Shown here piece by piece: positions 17,737-24,699 of a stretch of DNA of 28,720 nucleotides (position 1 is the first letter of the stretch; each line of letters begins with the position of its first letter). The DNA is from a virus. Lineage: Duplodnaviria > Caudoviricetes. The position numbers were made by a program, and so were the translations under genes. The notes under the pieces were generated by a model. That model worked only from the letters and a program-made list of their open reading frames with translations. It had not been told where the DNA came from and ran no database searches. The DNA is taken from the IMG/VR virus record IMGVR_UViG_3300021961_005289, positions 1 through 28,720 of that record; one strand, given 5' to 3'.

Positions 17737-18047
17737 TCTCCAACCAACTTTGTAATGTCCTCGCAAAACTCTAAAATCATTTCAGTTCCCTTATCGTCTT
17801 CTGCGAGGTCGGCAAACTCTATCGCTGCTCTTGTATCGTCTTCCAACTTGTTTATGCGAGAAATGACACTTCCGTAGAGATGACGAAATTCGTTTAGTTC
17901 TTTTTTTAACTCTCGCTGATAATCAAGTCGCTCTTGTGGAACGCCGGTATCAAGAAAATTATGGACTGATAACTCTCGTTGTAGTTCTGTATTCTCTTTT
18001 TTGAGTTCTTCTACTTGCTTTTTGAGTTCTTTGATTTCGTCAGTCAC
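17733..18047 (-). CDS. Coiled-coil hypothetical protein
   Basis: Probable GTG start after GGAG; heptad pattern IKELKKQVEELKKENTELQREL. Confidence 0.65.
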   Translation of the reverse strand: MTDEIKELKKQVEELKKENTELQRELSVHNFLDTGVPQERLDYQRELKKELNEFRHLYGSVISRINKLEDDTRAAIEFADLAEDDKGTEMILEFCEDITKLVGE

Positions 18048-18060
18048 TTTCTTCTCTCCC

Positions 18061-18128
18061 AAAAGGTGTTAGGCAACCAGACCACCTAACTGACTGTTTC
18101 CAGTCCCACCCGTTACAATCGGGGTAAC
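18061..18128 (-). other. Multi-hairpin RNA element ending in a U-tract (terminator or attenuator-like)
   Basis: GTTAC/GTAAC stem, GACTG-GAAA-CAGTC GNRA hairpin, GTTAGG/CCTAAC stem, then ACCTTTT. Confidence 0.5.
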
Positions 18129-18136
18129 TTCATTTG

Positions 18137-18253
18137 AAGGAGTGGCAGGGTTCTCACCTGCAAGCGACCAAGTATTCCCTTTTAAGACTCTTATTCCTTG
18201 GTCCGGGTCGTATATCATCTCAGTAGAACCCTGCGTAATACCGCCTCACTCCT
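18137..18253 (-). ncRNA. tRNA-like structured RNA (117 nt)
   Basis: 7-bp AGGAGTG/CACTCCT acceptor-like stem; GCG/CGC D-like arm; GGGTT/GACCC stem; long GACCAAG/CTTGGTC arm; GCAGG-TGAGAAC-CCTGC T-arm. Lies directly downstream of a strong promoter. No encoded CCA. Confidence 0.6.
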
Positions 18254-18303
18254 ATATGCTCTTTTTACTATAACAAAGCAATGCAGCAAAGTCAAGCACT
18301 TTT
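18249..18303 (-). repeat. 55-bp promoter/leader repeat, copy 2 (TTGACT-17-TATAGT)
   Basis: -35 at 18290-18295 and -10 at 18267-18272; 50/55 identical to copy 1. Confidence 0.9.
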
Positions 18304-18308
18304 TTACT

Positions 18309-19445
18309 TTATTCGCCGTCTGGATCCTCGTAAAACCTCTTAGCGTCTCCTTGTCGTGTATCAAAGTTTTGCACCACCTCTTCCATAACAACATCATAAA
18401 CACGTTGCTTGAATTCTGCATCTTCCGCCATAAGATCGTTCCACTTGGAAGGCTGAAACTTCTTGCTATAACCATCTTCCATCGTTAGTGTATACCAAGC
18501 GCCCGCCGATGTAAGTTTGGGAGATCCCTTAATGGCCTCAAAAAGGCTCTCATCACAGCGAATTCCTACTTCATCTGTTCCCCAGAGGATACGGAAAGCA
18601 CAGTTTCTGCCTTGTGTTCCAAAGCGAGACTTCTCTAACTTTGCCTTTACTTCTGAACCGATGCGATATCCCTTGTCGTCTTCAATATATGCCGCCTTGG
18701 ACTTGCGACCAGTGAGCCAAATACGCAAAGAATATGAATATTGAAGTGCTTTACCTCCCGGCGTCATATATGGCGTCGTCATTGCAACAATACGTGCATT
18801 GGGTCCGCTTGGGATGTTTGCCTTCAACTGGTTCAACACAAGGAACGTTGCTTGCTTGTCTGCGATAGGAATGATAAGTTTAGACATACCCTTTGCAAGA
18901 ATACGTGCCTTAACAGCCATTGAAGACTGTGGATTGAAGTCTCCTTCGACATCTGAAACAGATGGTGTAAATGCTAGCGAGTCCCAGATAAATACAAGTT
19001 GTTGATCTGCTGCTCCGAGCAATTCTTCAACGGTTTCTAGAACGAACTCGACAGAGGATGCCTGAACATACATTAACTGGCTTAGATCGCATCCTGCTCG
19101 CTCCAAGAAGTCTGGGTCGATAGCAGACTCGGAATCAAAGTAAACGACAAGCTTACCCGTTTTCTGGGCGTTTGCTGCGATCTGTGCAGCCATATAAGAC
19201 TTGCCTGTTGCCTCAAGACCTGCGATCTCCGAAACCTTACCGACTGGAATACCTGCGACTTGTCCCTTGCAAATGATAGAGTCAAGCCAGCGCGAACCTG
19301 TTGGGATCCACTCTTTTACTTCTGTTGGGTTGTCGCCTGTTAGATCGTGTGCGACATTTCTGCCTGCCTTTTTATTGACAAGCTTCATTAAATCTTGCAT
19401 AGCCACTCGTCCGGGCTTAGTGTCTGTTTTTGCTTTCGCAGCCAT
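18309..19445 (-). CDS. recA: RecA/UvsX recombinase
   Basis: IPTGS..LD, Walker A GLEATGKS, YFDSESAID, IWDSLA, LNQL, TPGGKALQY. Start reassigned to 19445 (AAGGAG RBS). Confidence 0.95.
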   Translation of the reverse strand: MAAKAKTDTKPGRVAMQDLMKLVNKKAGRNVAHDLTGDNPTEVKEWIPTGSRWLDSIICKGQVAGIPVGKVSEIAGLEATGKSYMAAQIAANAQKTGKLVVYFDSESAIDPDFLERAGCDLSQLMYVQASSVEFVLETVEELLGAADQQLVFIWDSLAFTPSVSDVEGDFNPQSSMAVKARILAKGMSKLIIPIADKQATFLVLNQLKANIPSGPNARIVAMTTPYMTPGGKALQYSYSLRIWLTGRKSKAAYIEDDKGYRIGSEVKAKLEKSRFGTQGRNCAFRILWGTDEVGIRCDESLFEAIKGSPKLTSAGAWYTLTMEDGYSKKFQPSKWNDLMAEDAEFKQRVYDVVMEEVVQNFDTRQGDAKRFYEDPDGE

Positions 19446-19455
19446 TCTTTTCTCC

Positions 19456-20514
19456 TTATTTTTCAATGACGATAACGTATTCTGTATTCTTTGTCTTGCT
19501 CGCGTTTTCTGCTTCTTTGCCGCCGGCACCCATCGCTCTCATGACATGTCGGGAGTGCTCCTTCTCATGGATAGTGAAGTTTTTATACTTAGCACCCATT
19601 TCCTTCATTTCATCAAGAGAGATAAGTCCCTCATCGCTATATGAGAATACCACATATTTTACTGGAAGTCTATCAACTAATTTCAAAGTTGCATCATAAG
19701 CAGTCTTTTTGCTGTACCAAGGACTGATCATATCCTTGTCGTGTGTCTCTTTGTTCTTCTTGATTCTGTCCAAACGCCTGTTTGTCTTTAGAGACACTTC
19801 TGGCTTGTCCCAGCGGACGATACTATCCCAAATGTGATAATAAGTAGAATAGTCGGCTGCTGTATAAGGAGGATCAAGATAAGCAACCTCTGCCTCTGGA
19901 TACTCCACCTTTAGAGCGTCTCCAACAATGTGCGTACCAGCAGGACCAGCATGAGAAGGTAGCAGTTTAAGCTCAAGTGGCGTATCAACGCGAGGAGACT
20001 TCCAGCCCTTCAAATATGCTTGCTGTAGTCCGACTGTGTTGTCAACCTTGTCTAAAGCAAAGATAAGTGATGCTATGAGCGCCATCTTGTCTGTATGTGG
20101 TAGATTGTATGTTTCAATCTTCTCTCGAATAGCATCAGCCTTTGCGCCGTTGGGCTTCTTCCACACTTGGATTAGATCTCCAACTTCATTTGTGGCATCA
20201 CAATAATTTTCGGTCAACCAACCGGGGGAAGGATCGAGCGCATTGAGTTCATCAATATATTGTTGCAAATGGCCCATCTCGCCACTATTGCAGATCATTG
20301 CGTGGCTATATGCTTCAGATGCCCATGATAGATCGCTAGTTGTCACCGTGTATCCAAGCGACTTGAATGCTTGAGCTACGCGGGTAGTGCCAGTAAAGAC
20401 ATCAATAAGTGTCTTTTCCTTCAGGTCCAGCGACTCAATTACCTCCGCTATGAGAGGAATAATCTTGTTTTTGCTTCCGAGGTATCGGATGCCCTTTGTT
20501 TCAATAGTTGTCAT
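19456..20514 (-). CDS. Adenine DNA methyltransferase (D12 class, restriction-modification type)
   Basis: RYLGSK, DVFTGTTRVA, YLDPPY, FSYSDEG. Confidence 0.9.
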   Translation of the reverse strand: MTTIETKGIRYLGSKNKIIPLIAEVIESLDLKEKTLIDVFTGTTRVAQAFKSLGYTVTTSDLSWASEAYSHAMICNSGEMGHLQQYIDELNALDPSPGWLTENYCDATNEVGDLIQVWKKPNGAKADAIREKIETYNLPHTDKMALIASLIFALDKVDNTVGLQQAYLKGWKSPRVDTPLELKLLPSHAGPAGTHIVGDALKVEYPEAEVAYLDPPYTAADYSTYYHIWDSIVRWDKPEVSLKTNRRLDRIKKNKETHDKDMISPWYSKKTAYDATLKLVDRLPVKYVVFSYSDEGLISLDEMKEMGAKYKNFTIHEKEHSRHVMRAMGAGGKEAENASKTKNTEYVIVIEK

Positions 20515-21398
20515 TTTCTTCCCTTAAAAAGTTGTGCTGATGCATATCCATCTGCCAATGCTTGTGTGCTGTTTCCCCTAAGTGGAACTCTGAACTTCAG
20601 ATTTTCCGAAATAAACCTTCTGTCTTCAAAATCTCCCAAAATGAGAAGGCGCCCGTCATTTGAGAAATGCAAGTACAAATCAAAATTATCAACGGCTCGA
20701 TAATCAAACAATATCTCTGTACCCAAATATTGATTACCTTCGTTTGTATCATGATCATGAATATATTGCGCTACTCGTTTGACACGCTCCGGGGACCAGT
20801 TGAAGTATACTTCTTCAAGATATTGTGTGATTGTGGCTAGCGAGCTTTCTTCAAAAATGCCTTGATAAAGCTTTCCGTTGTCTTTTCTCCAGCCTGCTTG
20901 CTTAGCTGACGCATTAGTTTGCCTAAAGCTTTGGTGCTCTCGACCATGAGCCTTAATGTTGGCAGTCTTGTCTTTCGCTTCCAAATGCAACCCGGAGGCG
21001 TTAATATCTTGATCTTTTGCTCTAGTAACACTCTTTAGAATCAAAGACAGAACCACTTCTCCCTGTCCGGTTCCTTTCTGCGAAACTTTCATAAGTTTTG
21101 GAAGCAATAGCTGCCAGCACCCGTTATTTGCAAGCTGTGGATGTAGTTCCGCTATTGATGTTACGGTGTTTGTGCCATGCCATTCTCGGGCGTCCAACTT
21201 AGTTTCTTCGTCCATCAGAATGCTCAACATCTCAAAACCGTCGCCAGTTCGAATATGAGAAACGTATCCAGAATCTTGAACTGCACTGACCACTCTTTGC
21301 AGCATACCGCTTGTAAAAACATCATGAAACTTAAGATGTGTCTTTAAGGCATCTATTTGTTTTACCCACCTGTTCAGTTCTTCTATCTGCTGGCTCAT
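20511..21398 (-). CDS. Putative PD-(D/E)xK nuclease, candidate restriction endonuclease
   Basis: KGTGQGEVVLSLIL...DQDIN...HLEAK resembles an E..D..ExK active site; ATGA-coupled to the methyltransferase. Confidence 0.55.
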   Translation of the reverse strand: MSQQIEELNRWVKQIDALKTHLKFHDVFTSGMLQRVVSAVQDSGYVSHIRTGDGFEMLSILMDEETKLDAREWHGTNTVTSIAELHPQLANNGCWQLLLPKLMKVSQKGTGQGEVVLSLILKSVTRAKDQDINASGLHLEAKDKTANIKAHGREHQSFRQTNASAKQAGWRKDNGKLYQGIFEESSLATITQYLEEVYFNWSPERVKRVAQYIHDHDTNEGNQYLGTEILFDYRAVDNFDLYLHFSNDGRLLILGDFEDRRFISENLKFRVPLRGNSTQALADGYASAQLFKGRK

Positions 21399-21421
21399 GT
21401 TTCCCTCCTTGAGCTATTGAT

Positions 21422-21450
21422 AGCATAACACCCCTCCACGGGAATGTCAA
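21422..21450 (-). promoter_or_regulatory. Sigma70-type promoter with extended -10
   Basis: TTGACA-17 nt-TATGCT with TG at -15/-14, then AAGGAGG. Confidence 0.8.
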
Positions 21451-21469
21451 ATACTTTAGTTAATGTTTA

Positions 21470-22267
21470 TTAACCCTTGATTAGTATCTCGGATGACTGC
21501 TTGCTTTTGTTCATTCCGTAAGCCCATTCAGCTTCGATAATTTCATATCCATCATACATCTCTCTTATCTCCGGACAGTCATTATAAGACATAAGCCACC
21601 CATCACGACTTGTCAAGATAGAATGTAGGCGCTCATGATCAAATGAGTCATGAAGATTGCCGTCAATGCCGTATAGCGAGTTCTGTGAACCTTCAAGCAT
21701 GTACGGCGGATCAAGATATAAAAACGCATTTGGGTGGTAGTCTATGGCGTCTTTAAAGTCTGCATAATCAACTCTGAATTTTTGCGCTTTAAAGTCTCTC
21801 AGTCTTTGCACTGATGAGTGGGTGAATCTTGCATACGATGCTCTTTCAGACCACCCACCACTAAATGTAGCACCAGAGAAACTTGCTCTGTTGATCGCGT
21901 AATACTTTGCTGCTCTTTCATATGAAAACATAAACGAGTCAGTTTTGAGTTCTTCGCGATATTGATGAAACGACTCTTTTGAGCAGCCTATAACAGTTTC
22001 GCCAGATCTTATTGTGTATTGTTCTCGCAAACTTTCTACTGCGTCTGCAAGTTGTTCGTTTCCCTCGCATAACGCCATCCAAAACCAAACAAGTTGCTTC
22101 ATTTTATCGTAGCCAAAGATTTCTACGCCACGATCTGCAAGTGCTAGTTCCACCGAACCACCCCCGAAGAATGGCGAGCAAACTCGCTTAACATTCTCGG
22201 GGATGTGAGGGAGGATATGTTTGACGGCACGTGACTTACCGCCGGGATATCGCAGTGGTGTTTTCAT
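21470..22267 (-). CDS. Dam-family DNA adenine methyltransferase (specificity not determined)
   Basis: KTPLRYPGGKS, SPFFGGGSV, NRASFSG, YLDPPY, WLMSYND, EILI. Confidence 0.92.
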   Translation of the reverse strand: MKTPLRYPGGKSRAVKHILPHIPENVKRVCSPFFGGGSVELALADRGVEIFGYDKMKQLVWFWMALCEGNEQLADAVESLREQYTIRSGETVIGCSKESFHQYREELKTDSFMFSYERAAKYYAINRASFSGATFSGGWSERASYARFTHSSVQRLRDFKAQKFRVDYADFKDAIDYHPNAFLYLDPPYMLEGSQNSLYGIDGNLHDSFDHERLHSILTSRDGWLMSYNDCPEIREMYDGYEIIEAEWAYGMNKSKQSSEILIKG

Positions 22268-22271
22268 TTTT

Positions 22272-23405
22272 TCACGCGGCGGACTTGGATTCGAGCAACT
22301 TAATGAATAATTCTGTGATCATTTTGCACCTTTTCAAAGATCCTTGCCAATTGACCCTAGCGTGTTCCCTGTATCCGTCTCCTGACTTATCTGCCTTTTT
22401 AAGGGCTTCGTCTGCACCAATAAGCATATTTAAGTAGTTGCGCTCATTCAGTCCATAATCCTTTATAGACTTGTTTTGTGACCATAAATAAGCCTGAAAC
22501 CACATAGACAACAGCAGGTTTGATATATCCGAACTGCCGCTTGAAGGCTCATAGTGGCGAATACTCCTTCTGTGAAATTCCATCGCGGAGTCTAGCCAAG
22601 ATAACTCATCTCCATATGCAGACATCGAGCGATCCGAAAATGTGCCCTGAGATAACTCAAACGTATCTGTTCCTTTCGCGTAATATTGATCCAGTACGCT
22701 CTTTGCCACAGGTGGGCGCTGAGAGGGGTTGTCCTTTAACGCTCTCGCATGAACCAAAAACTTAACAATATGTTCTGCATCTTGCATTCTATTGCGCGCA
22801 TGATCTTTAAAGCACGAGCCTATTGCAGAATAATACTTACCATCCTTTCCGGAGCGTTCTCGGACCCAATGTGCGATATAGGTTTGTTCAGAATTTCGCT
22901 TTTCTTGTGGGTTAAGGGGCATTCCATCATTCAAGCTACGAAATTGTCGTGGCAAGCTCTCAAAAGCCAAGTTGCTGTACTCTTGGAGCACAATTGAGGC
23001 TCCCAAAAAAGCATAGCGTACAGCCGGATCTAAATCCTTAAAATAACAGTTCTTGTAGGTATAGGTATTTCCACGGTCTGTAACGGTGCCCGTAAAAGTG
23101 ATTTCATTGTTGCGGAAACGCCACAGAGTCTCTGTCCTGTTTTGTCCATCCATTGAAACATAACGGGAACCTGTGTTAATAATTGTGTCGTAGTTTTTTG
23201 ATGGATGATTCTGAGCGCAGTTGAGAACATTTGCCAGAACAATTGGCGTAGTGGCAAAATTATCAAAGACGCTCTGAAGATAGTTAATTTGTGTTGGTCG
23301 GTTCCATACATGATTTCGTTGGAACCACTTTGGCACCATAATTGTGTTATAAGTACTCAGCAATGCATTCACAGTTGTGGTTATGGTAAAAAAATTCGTT
23401 GACAT
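22272..23405 (-). CDS. DUF262 (ParB-like, GmrS-type) domain protein
   Basis: VPKWFQRNHVW, MDGQNR, FRSLNDGMPLNPQEKRNS. Start reassigned to 23405 (AAGGAG RBS). Confidence 0.8.
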   Translation of the reverse strand: MSTNFFTITTTVNALLSTYNTIMVPKWFQRNHVWNRPTQINYLQSVFDNFATTPIVLANVLNCAQNHPSKNYDTIINTGSRYVSMDGQNRTETLWRFRNNEITFTGTVTDRGNTYTYKNCYFKDLDPAVRYAFLGASIVLQEYSNLAFESLPRQFRSLNDGMPLNPQEKRNSEQTYIAHWVRERSGKDGKYYSAIGSCFKDHARNRMQDAEHIVKFLVHARALKDNPSQRPPVAKSVLDQYYAKGTDTFELSQGTFSDRSMSAYGDELSWLDSAMEFHRRSIRHYEPSSGSSDISNLLLSMWFQAYLWSQNKSIKDYGLNERNYLNMLIGADEALKKADKSGDGYREHARVNWQGSLKRCKMITELFIKLLESKSAA

Positions 23406-23475
23406 ATTATCTCCTTTTTGAATATGCTTCAAGAAGCCTCTTTAACGCGAGGGCTTGAATATTGAATTTAAATGC

Positions 23476-23504
23476 GGCAGACTTTACACCGGTCTGCCAG
23501 CGGC
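23476..23504 (-). other. Hairpin/pseudoknot motif, copy A
   Basis: GCCG-CT-GGCAGAC-CGGTGTAAA-GTCTGCC, a few nt after a stop codon. Confidence 0.6.
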
Positions 23505-23509
23505 TTTTA

Positions 23510-23776
23510 CTACTCTGTAGTTGTCTCACTCTCTGTTGTGCCGGTGGTCTCTCCCTCAGCACTAGTGGTTTCTGTCTCCGTTGTAGTGGTAGCAGAAACC
23601 TCCACAGATTCGGTGGTGGTCGTGGTTGTTGCTTCTGTAGCAGTCTCGGTGGTATCCGTAGATACTGCTGCTGGATCAACTTCACAGGTGCCGTATGCGG
23701 TCGCAATGACGAGAGCGCCTCCGACAAATGTTACCCTGACCTTCCATGAAGACCATTGTGATTTCAACCAATCCAT
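23510..23776 (-). CDS. Small membrane-anchored or secreted protein with Thr/Glu-rich tail
   Basis: AAGGAG RBS; hydrophobic VTFVGGALVIATAYGTC followed by a T/E low-complexity region. Confidence 0.75.
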   Translation of the reverse strand: MDWLKSQWSSWKVRVTFVGGALVIATAYGTCEVDPAAVSTDTTETATEATTTTTTESVEVSATTTTETETTSAEGETTGTTESETTTE

Positions 23777-23806
23777 AGTATTACTCCTTTTTGATTAGTA
23801 AAATTA

Positions 23807-23836
23807 AGCAGAGTATTAACCCGCTCTGCTATCGGT
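23807..23836 (-). other. Hairpin/pseudoknot motif, copy B (may also act as a terminator)
   Basis: ACCG-AT-AGCAGAG-CGGGTTAATA-CTCTGCT followed by TAATTTT. Confidence 0.6.
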
Positions 23837-23853
23837 ATCTCAAACTAAATGGC

Positions 23854-24621
23854 TTACTTTCCGTTCATCAGTTCGTTGAAGGCTTTATCTACGTCACTAG
23901 TGGCATTTCCATATGCTACAGTTTCGCGAGAACGGGATTCGGCACTTTTGGTGCCTGAAAGTTGCTCATCGAGAATGCTGTCGATCTCTTGTGGAGTGTG
24001 GCGCTCAAAGAGAGATCCGAAGTCAGGCATACGATCGAGGAGGGCAGGGATCGCTTCCGTATCTTCGAGCAATGGGGACGTGTTTCGCCTCATCTTCATG
24101 TTAGTTTGAGGGTATGCGCCCGGTGTGGTGGGCTTAGTGTAAGTCAGCGTGATGTCAGTACCCTCACTGGCATCTGTGATGTCCCCATATTCGGGGTCGA
24201 GGATATATCCAAGAAGCAACTCGTAAGCCTTCTTGCCGTATCCATAAATCTTTACTCCCTCTTCCTCTCGTCCGCGAACGAGTACTGGTGAGAAGTAACG
24301 TGCTCGGACAAACAGAGACTTCGCAAGTTGCTTGCTAGCGTCGTCGTTGTTCTCCGTCGCGTCCTTCCAGACCGAAGAGGCAAACTCGCAAATTGGGCAG
24401 TTCTCGCCAAAGTTGCGCTTGGGACAAAGAATGCCGCCCTTGTGCTCGCCCACGTTATAGTGGAAGAACATCTCCTTAAGCGGATCTCCATCTGAAGTCG
24501 GTACAATGCGGATGTCGGTGTCTCCCTCATCGGGCTTAAACCACACCGAATCGCCCTTGTCGGCTCCCTCACCACGAAGTGTGGCAAGTTTCTTTCTCAT
24601 TAGTTCCATATTGATTGACAT
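23854..24621 (-). CDS. Single-stranded DNA-binding protein, T4 gp32-like
   Basis: WFKP..GDTDIRIVP, FHY..ILCPK..GENCPICE (zinc ligands), RYFSPV, GVKIYGYGK, DITD..EGTDI. Confidence 0.85.
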   Translation of the reverse strand: MSINMELMRKKLATLRGEGADKGDSVWFKPDEGDTDIRIVPTSDGDPLKEMFFHYNVGEHKGGILCPKRNFGENCPICEFASSVWKDATENNDDASKQLAKSLFVRARYFSPVLVRGREEEGVKIYGYGKKAYELLLGYILDPEYGDITDASEGTDITLTYTKPTTPGAYPQTNMKMRRNTSPLLEDTEAIPALLDRMPDFGSLFERHTPQEIDSILDEQLSGTKSAESRSRETVAYGNATSDVDKAFNELMNGK

Positions 24622-24670
24622 TACTTTTTTCTCCTATTGTTTAAAGTATGCAGTGCGTTCCACAGCATCT

Positions 24671-24699
24671 AATGTATCACTCTTGTTCTAGCCTGTCAA
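24671..24699 (-). promoter_or_regulatory. Sigma70-type promoter for the SSB gene
   Basis: TTGACA-17 nt-TACATT with extended TG. Confidence 0.6.

Noticed and set aside
18137-18253. SRP RNA, 6S RNA, tmRNA, hammerhead ribozyme or canonical tRNA-Ser(ACT) as the identity of the structured RNA
   Set aside because: No SRP domain IV motif, too short for 6S or tmRNA, no CUGANGA core, and the anticodon loop is 17 nt with U8, the D-loop GG and CCA missing.
18215-18475. 86-aa minus-strand ORF across the recA end and the promoter repeat
   Set aside because: Out-of-frame overlap with recA and runs through the promoter and structured RNA; no RBS.
23510-23660. Short repeats suggesting a CRISPR array or tandem repeat
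   Set aside because: Only Thr/Glu codon low complexity; no regularly spaced repeats were seen anywhere in the window.
24648-24668. Hairpin ATGCTGTG/CACTGCAT in the SSB leader as a gp32-style autoregulatory element
   Set aside because: The predicted start site of the adjacent promoter falls inside the 5' arm, and no pseudoknot is evident.
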